Shown: positions 18,793 through 29,062 of the stretch, piece after piece
How the letters are laid out: each line of letters opens with the position of its first letter
How positions within the stretch are numbered: position 1 is the first letter of the stretch
Source: an uncultured Candidatus Saccharibacteria bacterium
GTDB taxonomy: Bacteria; Patescibacteriota; Minisyncoccia; Phycocordibacterales; UBA9973
Reading direction: 5' to 3'
Length of the DNA: 64,000 nt
Assembly: GCA_964474435.1 (NCBI GenBank)
Contig: CAYYSI010000001.1
Span: 190,647 to 254,646, forward strand
Position numbers and translations under genes: made by a program
Notes under the pieces: generated by a model
Database searches by the model: none
Told to the model about the DNA's origin: nothing
Seen by the model: the letters and a program-made list of their open reading frames with translations, nothing else

Positions 18793-19134
18793 TTACGCGG
18801 CTAAGCTTATATCTTCATTTCTCTCTCCCATTTTGACAACCCTGGATTGCCCTACTGTCTGCAACTTTTCGATATATGCATCAACTCGTTCAAATACGTG
18901 ATCTTTTTCTTGGGCCAAGAGCGGAACGAGTTTCCCTTCCTTTAATATTTCAAGCTTACGAATATATTCTTGTGCTTCCTCAGTTGTTGCAGGTATTTCA
19001 ATAGTATCGACATCATCAAGCCCTCGTAGCTCTGTAAATAACCGCAACACTTTTTCGGCCTCCAATTTCGCAGCTTCCGCCTTTTGTGCGACTTCTAGAT
19101 CTGGCTGCAATTCCCCTCTTTCCCTCGGATTCAT
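18793..19134 (-). CDS. Hypothetical protein
   Basis: Helical acidic ORF; the real start is likely MNPRE at 19134, just after tRNA-Ile. Confidence 0.65.
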   Translation of the reverse strand: MNPRERGELQPDLEVAQKAEAAKLEAEKVLRLFTELRGLDDVDTIEIPATTEEAQEYIRKLEILKEGKLVPLLAQEKDHVFERVDAYIEKLQTVGQSRVVKMGERNEDISLAA

Positions 19135-19136
19135 AG

Positions 19137-19208
19137 TGCGTGTACATGGAATCGAACCATGGACCTCTGTCTTATCAGGACAGCGTTCTACCACTGAACT
19201 ATACACGC
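19137..19208 (-). tRNA. tRNA-Ile(GAT)
   Basis: GCGTGTA/TACACGC acceptor stem, CTGTC-CT-GAT-AA-GACAG anticodon arm, GGTTCGATTCC T arm; no encoded CCA. Confidence 0.93.
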
Positions 19209-19257
19209 GTGGTGGGATTATTATACTTATTTAGCCCAATTTTTCAAGTTGAATTAA

Positions 19258-19338
19258 GCCGAGAAGTACATATTGTTTTTGGAGCACTTGTCTGAGGCAA
19301 AGCCGAGTCTGCGGAAAAAATAATATGTACTTTGAGGC
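19258..19338. repeat. Intergenic inverted-repeat element
   Basis: 17-bp arms 19264-19280/19316-19332 (one G-T pair); GCCGAG/TGAGGC motifs at the ends and centre. Confidence 0.6.
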
Positions 19339-19340
19339 GA

Positions 19341-20279
19341 TTATTCAGAATCTTCAGCCTCGCCTACTTCCCCAATCTGCATCGCATCAATAATCTTATC
19401 AATCTTGCCAAGCATGATACCTTCGATATTCGAGAAGTTTTGGCGGATCCGATGATCGGTGACACGGTCTTGTGGGAAGTTGTAGGTGCGGATCTTTTCA
19501 CTACGATCTGCAGTCCCAATCTGGTTTTTGCGGTCACCTGAGTATTTTGCAGCCTCTTCTTCTTCTTTGAGTTGTTGAAGTTTGGCTGTGAGGATCATGA
19601 GTGCCTTTTCGCGGTTGGCGAGCTGGCTGCGTTCACTTGTACTGCGCACATCGATACCTGTCGGCTTGTGGATGAGTCGAACTGCCGTTTCAACTTTGTT
19701 GACGTTTTGGCCGCCCGCTCCACCCGAGCGTGAGTATTCCATATCGAGATCGACTGGGTTGATCTCAAATTTCACTTTCTTGCGGATCGGAAGGATGGCA
19801 ACTGATGCAGTGGATGTGTGGATACGTCCATTCTTTTCAGTAACAGGTACACGCTGGACACGGTGCACTCCTGTCTCAAACCGCAGAAGTCTATAGACAT
19901 CCTTGCCACGGATTTCAAGTGTATATTCATCAAGCTTTTTCACTGCCCATTTGCGAGTCTCGGCAAAGCGCTCGTACATTTCAACTAGCTGCAATGCAAA
20001 GAGTGCAGCTTCATCCCCTCCTGCCCCTGCGCGAGCTTCAAGAATGATTTCGTTTGGGAATTCTTCTTCCTCTTTTTCGCTTTCTTCGATCGCTTTGACC
20101 TGCTCTTCGATTGCACGCTGTTGTGTTTCGATTGCAGCGACTTCGTCGTGTGCCATGTCAGCCATACTTGGATCAGATTCGATCATTGCCTGGACTTCGA
20201 CGAGCTCACGCGAAAGACGCTCGTATTCACTCGCGAGGTATTGGGTCTTGGGATTCTTTTTGAGGGTTTCTATATCCAT
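19341..20279 (-). CDS. prfA: Peptide chain release factor 1
   Basis: PVT anticodon motif, GAGGQ, RTYNF. Confidence 0.93.
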   Translation of the reverse strand: MDIETLKKNPKTQYLASEYERLSRELVEVQAMIESDPSMADMAHDEVAAIETQQRAIEEQVKAIEESEKEEEEFPNEIILEARAGAGGDEAALFALQLVEMYERFAETRKWAVKKLDEYTLEIRGKDVYRLLRFETGVHRVQRVPVTEKNGRIHTSTASVAILPIRKKVKFEINPVDLDMEYSRSGGAGGQNVNKVETAVRLIHKPTGIDVRSTSERSQLANREKALMILTAKLQQLKEEEEAAKYSGDRKNQIGTADRSEKIRTYNFPQDRVTDHRIRQNFSNIEGIMLGKIDKIIDAMQIGEVGEAEDSE

Positions 20280-20327
20280 ATACCTAAGCATACAAAAATC
20301 GCTCCAAAAGAGCGACTGTTGTGTGAG

Positions 20328-20579
20328 TTATTTCTTTGCTGCCGCAGCGCGCTTCTTGAAGCGGTCCACTCGTCCTGCAGTGTCGATAACCTTTTCATTA
20401 CCAGTAAAGAATGGGTGTGAAGCACTTGAGATTTCAACGCGGTAGAGGTCGTATTCTTTGCCCTTGTAAGTCCCCTTTTCGGTCGTCTTGACGGTAGAAC
20501 CAATCAAAAACTGCGCATCAGAAGAGTTGTCAACAAAGATGACGTCGCGGAAGTTCTTTGGGTGGGTGTCCTTTTTCAT
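20328..20579 (-). CDS. rpmE: 50S ribosomal protein L31 type B
   Basis: [25 protein letters not shown]; no Cys. Confidence 0.95.
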   Translation of the reverse strand: MKKDTHPKNFRDVIFVDNSSDAQFLIGSTVKTTEKGTYKGKEYDLYRVEISSASHPFFTGNEKVIDTAGRVDRFKKRAAAAKK

Positions 20580-20619
20580 AGGCTGAGAGTATAGCACAGT
20601 CTCCAAAATGCTCAAGCTG

Positions 20620-20713
20620 GTGGCCAGGACGAGCCGGATACCGATTTGTGAGCGTCTGGTGAACTAGGCCTAGGACCGAACAAATCGGTGTACGGCGAGA
20701 ACCGGACGCCCAC
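20620..20713. repeat. GC-rich intergenic hairpin element
   Basis: ACCGATTTGT (20640) / ACAAATCGGT (20680), GCCG/CGGC extension, internal CTAGGCCTAG palindrome. Confidence 0.55.
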
Positions 20714-20722
20714 GTACCTTAT

Positions 20723-22093
20723 TTACCTTCTCGAAACACCATACTGGTTGAGGTAGTCAATATCTGCCTGAACAGTACGAGCCAGTGCCATTACAGAGTT
20801 ACCATAGAAACTATTGAGTGGCTTCTTGCCATCACATGAGCGGCCTGAATAGTAGCGGCATGCAGCGTTTCGCTCAGCTGCTTCGCCTCCTGTGGCCCCA
20901 TTTGCCTTCATGAGCATACCTGTCGCCATGATCGCATCACGCGCAATCCATGGATTTGCACTACTCTTGCCGAGCGCTGCAGCAACCTTGCCTTGGTACA
21001 TTTCCCAAGTTGACGGAATGAACTGTGAAGGACCCATCGCTCCACCATAACCACCTCCATACGGACATGAGACTGGGGTGGTATCAATATTGAGCCCAAG
21101 CGCTGTCGTAATGCGTTTGAACGCTGGTTGATCACGTGTTGGGTGCATAACATTTACCCAGCTCTTTGATGGCGGATCCCCTGCACGGTTACAAGTACCG
21201 ACGTTTGCTCCGAGATTTGATTCTTGGGTCAAGATAGCGAGGATGAGTGCTGGGCGCACACCAGTTGCAGCAGAAGCATCCTTTGCATACATATACGCGT
21301 CCTTGAACTGGATCGCCTTGGTGTTACCTCCCGCGAAGCTAAAGAGTTTGCTTTCGATTGCAGAGACCTTTTTCTGCTGCTCGGCTACTGTTGATGCAAC
21401 ACGCTGTTCTTCAGTTTTACTTGTATCGAGGAGTACTTTTGCTTCCTTTTGGGTTGCGGCGAGTTTACTCTTTTCGCTCTCAAGTGCATTTTTTGCATCC
21501 TTTGCCTGCTCTTGTTTGTCTTCGAGTGTTTCCTTTTGATCTTCGGTCAAACCTTTGATCTCTTTGATATGGTTGACTGATGCATAGAGCGACTGCTTCA
21601 CGGCAAGGAAGTCATCGAGGTCTTGATAAAAGTCCGTGACTGATTGCGCAGACAACACGACATAGGCCGCACCTTTTTGGTCGAGCTCGTTGGTGCGCTT
21701 CACGAGTTGTGCCAGTGAGTCATGTTCACGATCGAGCTCTCCTGAAAGGCTCATGATGGCTTTTTGCTTTTCACCGATTTCTTTGGAGAGTTTGCCAATA
21801 GAAGCGATCTTGTCCTTGAGTTTAGTCTGGGTCGTATTTATTTGAGAGATGATCTTGTTGACGTTGGATTGGAGTGTGCCACTCTTTGATTTCTGGGCGG
21901 CAAGCTGGCCTTGGAGTACTTTGAGCTTGGCAGTTTCTTCGGCATAGTCACGACATGCTTGTGCAATGTCTTCGGAGCTCGGATTTGCACAGACTGCAGG
22001 CTGAGTATCGGCAGCAGTTGCCGTAAGGTATCGCACTCCTGATACGAGTACTACGACAGCAACAAGGACTGGAACTATGTATTTGATACGCAT
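20723..22093 (-). CDS. Secreted coiled-coil protein with a C-terminal lytic transglycosylase (SLT_2-like) domain
   Basis: Signal peptide, long coiled coil, QES..G, GAMGPSQFIPSTW. Confidence 0.85.
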   Translation of the reverse strand: MRIKYIVPVLVAVVVLVSGVRYLTATAADTQPAVCANPSSEDIAQACRDYAEETAKLKVLQGQLAAQKSKSGTLQSNVNKIISQINTTQTKLKDKIASIGKLSKEIGEKQKAIMSLSGELDREHDSLAQLVKRTNELDQKGAAYVVLSAQSVTDFYQDLDDFLAVKQSLYASVNHIKEIKGLTEDQKETLEDKQEQAKDAKNALESEKSKLAATQKEAKVLLDTSKTEEQRVASTVAEQQKKVSAIESKLFSFAGGNTKAIQFKDAYMYAKDASAATGVRPALILAILTQESNLGANVGTCNRAGDPPSKSWVNVMHPTRDQPAFKRITTALGLNIDTTPVSCPYGGGYGGAMGPSQFIPSTWEMYQGKVAAALGKSSANPWIARDAIMATGMLMKANGATGGEAAERNAACRYYSGRSCDGKKPLNSFYGNSVMALARTVQADIDYLNQYGVSRR

Positions 22094-22174
22094 AACAATA
22101 AGACTCCTAGTATACCAGGAGTCTTACATGCAAATCTATTGATTTCTAAAAGTTTTGTTGTGTGTTTCTGTAGA

Positions 22175-22813
22175 TTACTCTGCAGCAGCGTCACCATCCT
22201 CTTCTTTCTTACCTTTTTCTTCTACTTGGATTGCGTCAAAGTCGATTGCAGCTGGCGCTTCTTCTACTTCTTCTTTGAATGCTGCGATGAGTGCAACTAC
22301 TTCTTCGCCGTCAGTGATCATTGTCACACCCTTTGGAAGCTTGATGTCTTTGACGTGGATTTGTGCATCAACTTCTCCAAGTGGGGTAACGTCAACTTCA
22401 AAGTTGTGTGGCAGTTCTGCAGGAAGCGCACGAACCTGTACTTCGTGAAGCACCTTCACCAGTGTTCCAAGGTTGCCCTTTTCTGCTTCTGCAAGACCAA
22501 TGAATTCGATCGGTACTGCGACTTCGATCTCCTTTTTCATGTCGATGACGAGGAAGTCCACATGTGTTGGGATGTTGCGGATCGGGTCATGCTGCATATC
22601 GTGGATAAGGGTTGTGACCTTTTCACCTCCGAAATCAAGTGCAACAGTTCCTGTTTCCCCTGCTTCCTTCCATACCTTTACGAAATCCTTCATTGGGACC
22701 GCGATAGACACGGCGTCCTTGCCCATACCGTAGTAGACGGCTGGGATTTTGTCCTCTGCACGCAATATTGCAGGGGTTTCTGTTGTTCTCTTGGTTGCAG
22801 CTAATGTAATCAT
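22175..22813 (-). CDS. rplY: 50S ribosomal protein L25/Ctc
   Basis: IPAVYYG, Q.DP...HVDF, Ctc C-terminal domain. Confidence 0.93.
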   Translation of the reverse strand: MITLAATKRTTETPAILRAEDKIPAVYYGMGKDAVSIAVPMKDFVKVWKEAGETGTVALDFGGEKVTTLIHDMQHDPIRNIPTHVDFLVIDMKKEIEVAVPIEFIGLAEAEKGNLGTLVKVLHEVQVRALPAELPHNFEVDVTPLGEVDAQIHVKDIKLPKGVTMITDGEEVVALIAAFKEEVEEAPAAIDFDAIQVEEKGKKEEDGDAAAE

Positions 22814-22907
22814 AGTGGCAGTACTATACACAAAAAGACCTTACTTGTAAAATACTAGATACTTGACATATATTAATATCAGTGTTATTTTTGATAAAAA
22901 TAACTTT

Positions 22908-23114
22908 ATGAAGAAAATAACAGTTTTCTACATGTATCGCACAACCCCGAGTACAGTAGGTGAATTTAAGAGCGGGCATAAAGTCTTGGACTATGAAGGT
23001 CTGCTCGATGAGAAAAAAGTTACTGAACTTAAAAGTGAAGTTACAAAATTCCTTCGCAGTGACAAGCATGAAAGTAAATTCAATATTCATGTAACAGGAA
23101 TGTTACCTTTGTAA
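22908..23114 (+). CDS. Small hypothetical protein (solo cassette)
   Basis: AT-rich 68-aa ORF with upstream TTGACA and a downstream terminator. Confidence 0.55.
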   Translation: MKKITVFYMYRTTPSTVGEFKSGHKVLDYEGLLDEKKVTELKSEVTKFLRSDKHESKFNIHVTGMLPL

Positions 23115-23164
23115 AACACAAAAATAATAAATCATGAGAGCTGCATTAAAAAATGCAGCTTTTC

Positions 23165-24838
23165 TTATTTCTTACTCGCCTCCCCATAATCCCCCTTACT
23201 CAAATATTTCGCAATATCATCTTTCGTAACTCCCACTTTCTTATGTGGGTTGAATATATAGAGCGGATCAAAGAGTTCTTTGGTTTGCTCAAAGAGTCCG
23301 ATGACAATTGAGCCGTATTGCTTTTCGAGGTATGGCGAGCGGATTATGCCATCATTGTGCTCGGCAGTGATCGAGCCTTTGTATTCCAAAACCAAGTCAT
23401 ACACTTCATCAGAGAGTGTGAGAATGATATCGCGAGTGCGTGGATCGGTAAGCTTCATGAGTGGAATGATATGGAAGTTGCCATCGCCCGGATGTCCTGC
23501 AACTGTGTACGTGAGATCATATTTTTTCAAAATCGTATCAAGCTTGGGCAAGAACTCTGGCAAATACTCGGGCTTCACCACGAAGTCATCGATGAATGGC
23601 GCAGTGTGTTTGCCTTGCACATGTTTGCGGAGCAGATTGAAGCTCTCGTGACGTACATCCCAATACTTTGATTCTTCTGCTTCGGAGTGTGTCACATGGG
23701 TCAGCACATGGAACTGATCTTTGAGTGCACGAGAAAGTGATGTTGCCTTTTGCTGGATCACTTCATGATCATCCCCTGCAAATTCAATAAGCAAAATCAT
23801 TTTTGGAATGCCGCCTGCGAGCGTCATGAAAAATTCGGGGATGAACGAAAACATAAATTTCATCATGCCGATGATTTTTTTCTTTTTCAAAAAGTCTCCA
23901 AAGAATTTCACTGCCACCTTGAGTGTGTTGTCATCATAGCTTTCGATACTCTCTGGGTGTTGTGCAAGTGCGACGTTCACAATACGCCCGATGTCTTGCA
24001 TGTCCTTGAGGAATACAACACAGAGTGTTGAGAATTTCTTTACTGGTACGAGACCAAACGTGATCTCAGTCACAATACCAAGTGTCCCCTGACTTCCCAC
24101 GATGAGTTTGCACAGGTCAAATGTTTCAGTTGTCGCATCCCATACATTCCACAAATAATATCCGGCACTATTTTTAGATACGTCGGGTTTTGCAAGCGTG
24201 ATCGTCTTTTGGTTGTCAGTGATGAGCTTATAGAGCTCGCGATACATGTCTGCCTCAAATCCGACTTCGGCGATCTTACCCATGAGTTCTTTGCGTGTCA
24301 GCGGTCGCACGACGTATTCGTATCCATCTCTGAACACTACTTTGAGCTCCTTTATATAGTTCTCAGTTTTTCCATACTGAATAGATTTCTCTCCGCCTGA
24401 GTTGTTGGCAACCATGCCGCCCACTGTGCAGATCTCACGTGATGCAGTGTATGCAGGCATGATGAGTCCGACTTTTTTTGTTTTAGTATCAAAATCTCGA
24501 TAGTACGTACCTGGCAGCACTCGGGCCCATGCACCTTCAGCATTAACCTCGAGTGTGCCCGCCATGTAGCGCGTCGTATCCATAATGATGCTCTCTCCAA
24601 GCGCACCTCCTGACATGTCCGTCCCTGCAGCACGCATTGTTATAGATAATGATGGATCATTTTTCTTTTGTTCTGCCACATACTTCACCACTGCTTGGAT
24701 ATCGGCACTATCTTTCGGGAATACTACAACCTGCGGCCGCATCTCAAAGAGTGATGCATCGCGCGAAGCCTTATCAAGTGCCGCACTACTCGTATCGACA
24801 TCTCCTTTGATTATTTTTTTGAGGTCTTCTGCAAGCAT
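23165..24838 (-). CDS. FAD-linked oxidase (GlcD/D-lactate dehydrogenase family)
   Basis: RAAGT, GGMVANNSGG, GSQGTLG, GH..DGN.H, AEHNDG. Confidence 0.88.
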   Translation of the reverse strand: MLAEDLKKIIKGDVDTSSAALDKASRDASLFEMRPQVVVFPKDSADIQAVVKYVAEQKKNDPSLSITMRAAGTDMSGGALGESIIMDTTRYMAGTLEVNAEGAWARVLPGTYYRDFDTKTKKVGLIMPAYTASREICTVGGMVANNSGGEKSIQYGKTENYIKELKVVFRDGYEYVVRPLTRKELMGKIAEVGFEADMYRELYKLITDNQKTITLAKPDVSKNSAGYYLWNVWDATTETFDLCKLIVGSQGTLGIVTEITFGLVPVKKFSTLCVVFLKDMQDIGRIVNVALAQHPESIESYDDNTLKVAVKFFGDFLKKKKIIGMMKFMFSFIPEFFMTLAGGIPKMILLIEFAGDDHEVIQQKATSLSRALKDQFHVLTHVTHSEAEESKYWDVRHESFNLLRKHVQGKHTAPFIDDFVVKPEYLPEFLPKLDTILKKYDLTYTVAGHPGDGNFHIIPLMKLTDPRTRDIILTLSDEVYDLVLEYKGSITAEHNDGIIRSPYLEKQYGSIVIGLFEQTKELFDPLYIFNPHKKVGVTKDDIAKYLSKGDYGEASKK

Positions 24839-24846
24839 GCTAAATA

Positions 24847-25716
24847 TTATTTCATTCTATTAAAAATCTTGAGCTTCTCGGTAACGACTGCCTCCATCGC
24901 AAGCGATGCATTGGTGCCGTATTTGTATGGTGCGATGTCATCAGGGTTTTTCTGCATATAATCCTTGAGTGCTTGTGTGTATGCACGACGGAGTTCAGTG
25001 TTCACATGAATGATCGAAATGCCAGCTTCTATAGCTGCATCAAAGTCTGCGTCTTCGCCACTGCCACCATGGAGTACGAGTGGAGTATTGGGAAGTGTTG
25101 CCGCAATATTTCGGATGCATTCGATATCAAGTCGTGGCTTTGCGGCATTGCGGAGCATGCCATGGAAGTTGCCAACTGCAGGAGCGAGCATGTCTGCGCC
25201 AGTTGCTTCAATAAAGCTTTTTGCTTCATCAGTACTCGTCGTCACTGCCACACCTTCGGGGATCTCGTCGCGCATCTTTGAACCTTCACCGATGTATCCG
25301 AGCTCGATCTCGACAGTAATATCGCGACCGGTCATTGTCGACATAGATCGCGCGTATTCGACACATTGTTTGCACACATCAATATTTTCTTGGATCGGGT
25401 GTGCTGCGCCATCGTAGATCACACTATCAAAACCTGCATCAATCGCGTCTTTGACGGTTGCGAAACTGTAGTGATGATCGGCGTTCAGATATATCTCGAT
25501 CCCCCAGTGTTCGCGAATCGTCTTGACCAATGCAACTGCTTGATGTGTTCCGACTGCTTCCTGTTCACCTTCGGACAGTCCGACGATGACTGGGACGTTC
25601 AGGGTCTTGGCAGCGCGAGCGATAGCATAGAGACCTTCGATGTTGGAGAAGTTGAAGTGGCCGACAGCTTTTTTGTCGCGACGTGCCTCAGTCACTACTT
25701 CCCGAAGGGTTTTCAT
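24847..25716 (-). CDS. fba: Class II fructose-bisphosphate aldolase
   Basis: DHH, EIELG, GNFHG, LVLHGGSG, VNTELR. Confidence 0.92.
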   Translation of the reverse strand: MKTLREVVTEARRDKKAVGHFNFSNIEGLYAIARAAKTLNVPVIVGLSEGEQEAVGTHQAVALVKTIREHWGIEIYLNADHHYSFATVKDAIDAGFDSVIYDGAAHPIQENIDVCKQCVEYARSMSTMTGRDITVEIELGYIGEGSKMRDEIPEGVAVTTSTDEAKSFIEATGADMLAPAVGNFHGMLRNAAKPRLDIECIRNIAATLPNTPLVLHGGSGEDADFDAAIEAGISIIHVNTELRRAYTQALKDYMQKNPDDIAPYKYGTNASLAMEAVVTEKLKIFNRMK

Positions 25717-25784
25717 GGGTAAATTGTAGCATAAAAAAATGGACCAGTTTTTAACTGATCCATCGATTGTGTAATTTCTTTTAC

Positions 25785-26150
25785 TTAGAATGACATTAAT
25801 TTTGCTCTTTTGTACGTGCTGGTTTTGCTACTATAATTTGGAATAACCTCCTCAATTACAATAGTATCTTTACCATACCTATTGGTTTCTGTAACTCTCC
25901 AGTCAGACGCCTTGCCCATCGTACCATCATAGTATTGATAGACCCAAACATCTTGTCCTTCTCTAAGTTTACTTAGCGTTCCTTTTCTAACCTTAACTTC
26001 CATCATTTTACGAACGATTTCACTCTTATCATTTATCCGCATAACCTGATATGTGTCGTACATTTGTACCATACAGGTAGTATCACCAGAAGATGAGCTA
26101 CATGAAGAAATTGCTACTGCGAAAAACAAAATAATAATTACATTTTTCAT
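25785..26150 (-). CDS. Hypothetical lipoprotein
   Basis: MKN + hydrophobic stretch + ISSC lipobox; AT-rich solo gene. Confidence 0.7.
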   Translation of the reverse strand: MKNVIIILFFAVAISSCSSSSGDTTCMVQMYDTYQVMRINDKSEIVRKMMEVKVRKGTLSKLREGQDVWVYQYYDGTMGKASDWRVTETNRYGKDTIVIEEVIPNYSSKTSTYKRAKLMSF

Positions 26151-26257
26151 TATCGTTTGATTTAGTTGTTTACAAAGAATTTATACTATAATAATAGCAC
26201 ATATTATATGAAAAGTCAATATGCGATAAACCCTTCATTTTCCTATATAATTATCGA

Positions 26258-27250
26258 ATGGAAAACCAGATAGACTTCCTCGCCATCGGGGACATTGTGA
26301 CTGACGCCTTTATTAAACTCAAAGACGCAGAAGCCACCTGCGACCTCGATCATGCCAACTGTAAACTTTGCGTGCGCTTTGGTGACAAGGTTCCATATGA
26401 ATCAATGACTGAGCTTCGCGCTGTGGGCAACTCTGCAAACGCAGCAGTCGCAGCGGCACGACTTGGAGTAAAAAGTTCACTTCTCTCTCACCTGGGCAAA
26501 GACCTCAATGGAGAAAATTGCATTGCCGAGCTCAAGAAAAATAATGTCGACACCCACTACGTCTACGCGCACGAAGGCATGAAGACCAACTATCACTACG
26601 TCCTCTGGTATGACGTCGAACGCACGATCCTGATCAAACACGAGGCGTACCCAGTGCTCATGCCCAACATTCCAACTCCTCCCAAAATGCTCTATCTCTC
26701 CTCTCTCGGCGACCACACCGAGAAATACCATGGAGAAATCGCCGACTACATCAAGGCGCATCCTGATATGAAGGTTGTATTCCAGCCAGGGACATTTCAG
26801 ATGAAGCTCGGCACAGAGGTATTGAAAGATATTTATGCGAACACCTATGCATTCTTTTGCAACCTCGAAGAAGCGAAACGCATATTAACTACTGATGAAC
26901 ATGAGATCCCGATGCTCATCAAGGCGCTCCACAAGCTTGGACCAAAGATCGTCGTCATCACAGACGGTATGAATGGTGCGTATGCCTCTGACGGCGTGGA
27001 AGCATGGTTTATGCCGGTGTATCCACATGACGCGTATGAACGCACGGGTGCAGGAGATGCATTTGCGTCGACTGTGTCTGTGGCACTACTTATGGGCAAG
27101 ACGCTCCAAGAAGCGCTCATGTGGGGACCGATCAACTCAATGTCAGTTGTGCAGTACGTCGGTGCTCAAGAAGGACTGCTCTCTCCCGACAAGATCGAAA
27201 AGTATATATCAGAAGCTCCGAGCAATTACGCTCCGCAGCCGTTGTTTTAA
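26258..27250 (+). CDS. PfkB-family carbohydrate kinase
   Basis: GNSANAA, N..EA, ERTGAGDAF. Confidence 0.9.
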   Translation: MENQIDFLAIGDIVTDAFIKLKDAEATCDLDHANCKLCVRFGDKVPYESMTELRAVGNSANAAVAAARLGVKSSLLSHLGKDLNGENCIAELKKNNVDTHYVYAHEGMKTNYHYVLWYDVERTILIKHEAYPVLMPNIPTPPKMLYLSSLGDHTEKYHGEIADYIKAHPDMKVVFQPGTFQMKLGTEVLKDIYANTYAFFCNLEEAKRILTTDEHEIPMLIKALHKLGPKIVVITDGMNGAYASDGVEAWFMPVYPHDAYERTGAGDAFASTVSVALLMGKTLQEALMWGPINSMSVVQYVGAQEGLLSPDKIEKYISEAPSNYAPQPLF

Positions 27251-27252
27251 AT

Positions 27253-27789
27253 ATGGAAAACGAAAAAATTTGGTTTAATAAGGACTTAAGAGATGCCGAA
27301 AACGCCCCTGACCAAAACGAAAAGATAGAAAAGAAAAAAGGTGCATTAAAAGAACTTATTACTGACAGTATTGGAGAATACGAGGGTATGCATGGAAATG
27401 CAGAGGAAGTTCTTATAAAAACACAACTATTGAAAGATCAGATAGAAAATCTTGATAACGATTTTCATGTATCAGTAGATTCAAAACCACCACAAAGACA
27501 ACGATTTGAGGAAAAGAAAACTCAATTTATCACCTCAATGTCTGATCTTAATCAAAAGATTAAAAATCTTTCAGAATTTAATCCTTCTATACAATCTCAG
27601 ATGATTAAATTTGATAGAGTTTCTAATGTAGTAATAAAATTTTTGGGCTCAATTCTCAAAGAAGGAGACATCAACCAAACTATGGGCCTACTCTGGGATG
27701 AAAATAAAAAAGTGCTTTTCAATACTATATCTGAAATTGAGACAATGCTAATGGCCGATAAACCATTAGCAGAAAATAATCTTAACTAA
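27253..27789 (+). CDS. Hypothetical helical protein
   Basis: AT-rich ORF starting MENEK right after the kinase stop. Confidence 0.65.
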   Translation: MENEKIWFNKDLRDAENAPDQNEKIEKKKGALKELITDSIGEYEGMHGNAEEVLIKTQLLKDQIENLDNDFHVSVDSKPPQRQRFEEKKTQFITSMSDLNQKIKNLSEFNPSIQSQMIKFDRVSNVVIKFLGSILKEGDINQTMGLLWDENKKVLFNTISEIETMLMADKPLAENNLN

Positions 27790-28781
27790 CCCTTCTTCTC
27801 TATCACCTTCATCACAGCAGTAGCAATCGCATCGCGACCCATGCCGTAATGTTCGATGAGCTGGTTTGGTGTACCTGACTGACCATAGACATCTCGTACT
27901 CCGATGAACTCTATTGGTACTGGAAATATTTGTGCGAGTGTTTCTGCTACAGCACTTCCAAGTCCTCCTGCGATCTGGTGCTCCTCGACAGTGACAATCG
28001 CTTTGGTTTCGCGCGCGCATGTGACCAACAAATCTTTATCAATTGGCTTGATCGTGTGGATGTTTACAACGATCGCCTTGATATGTTTCTCTGCCAAATC
28101 TTTGGCGACCTTGAGCGCGTTTGCCACAAGTCCACCTGTTGCAACGATCGTCACATGAGCGATGCCTTCTGGTCGAAAAAGTACTTGACCCTTTCCTATT
28201 TCAAACGGAGTGTCCTCGGTCGTGATGATCGGAGTCTTTTCTCGTGCGAGACGCAGATATGCAATGCGAGGATTTGCAGAGAGTGCAAGTGTCGCCTTTT
28301 TGGCCTGGATTGCGTCACAGGGCGAGATCACTGTCATACGTGGGAGTACTCGCATGAGTGCGATGTCCTCGATCGCCTGGTGGGTGCCACCGTCTGGTCC
28401 GACAGAGATGCCTGCGTGACTGCCTACCACAACAGCTGGGCGATCATTGTACGTGATAGTAGTGCGGATCTGCTCCCAATTGCGTCCAGGGCTAAACATT
28501 GCGTATGACGAAAAGAATGGATACTTCCCCATTGCTGCCATACCACTTGCTACTGTTGCAAGGTTTTGTTCGGCAACACCGATCTCAACAAAGCGTTCTG
28601 GGTATTTCGCTTTGAACAAATGCATTTGTGTAGACTCTGTGAGGTCTGCGCACAGCGCGACAATTTGTTTGTTGGTCTCCCCCGCCTGTGCCAAGCCTTC
28701 ACCAAATCCTTTACGAATAGGAATTTGCTCGACATCATCGGCAAATACTTTGGGGTTTAGTTTTAGGTCGGGATTGAGCAC
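27786..28781 (-). CDS. Transketolase, C-terminal subunit
   Basis: GVAEQN, DGGTHQ, EEH...GGLG. Confidence 0.93.
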   Translation of the reverse strand: MLNPDLKLNPKVFADDVEQIPIRKGFGEGLAQAGETNKQIVALCADLTESTQMHLFKAKYPERFVEIGVAEQNLATVASGMAAMGKYPFFSSYAMFSPGRNWEQIRTTITYNDRPAVVVGSHAGISVGPDGGTHQAIEDIALMRVLPRMTVISPCDAIQAKKATLALSANPRIAYLRLAREKTPIITTEDTPFEIGKGQVLFRPEGIAHVTIVATGGLVANALKVAKDLAEKHIKAIVVNIHTIKPIDKDLLVTCARETKAIVTVEEHQIAGGLGSAVAETLAQIFPVPIEFIGVRDVYGQSGTPNQLIEHYGMGRDAIATAVMKVIEKKG

Positions 28782-28783
28782 GA

Positions 28784-29047
28784 TTATCGTCTCGCTTTTT
28801 CTTCTAATTTGGAGACACGAAGTGAGAGCTGGTCGAATTCTCGACGATGAATAAATTTGTCGTGGAGTTCTAGAATATCCGCTTTTGTCGCTATTGTTTT
28901 TTCAATATGGTCGATTCGTTTCGTAAATCTATCCTCAAGAGAAGAGAAGCCGTTTGCCATAGCAATAGCCAAAGTATCTACAACTGTTGCCAAGTCATCA
29001 ATTTTGTCTTCCAGTGTCTTTGGTTGTTTTTTGACCACTTTTTTCAT
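28784..29047 (-). CDS. Small coiled-coil protein
   Basis: IDDLA...GF, ATK.D, RV..LE heptads. Confidence 0.7.
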   Translation of the reverse strand: MKKVVKKQPKTLEDKIDDLATVVDTLAIAMANGFSSLEDRFTKRIDHIEKTIATKADILELHDKFIHRREFDQLSLRVSKLEEKARR

Positions 29048-29062
29048 ACCCTTAGTATACTC

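Noticed and set aside
19135-19206. N-terminal extension of ORF 18793-19206
   Set aside because: It is a translation of the tRNA-Ile gene; the real start is 19134
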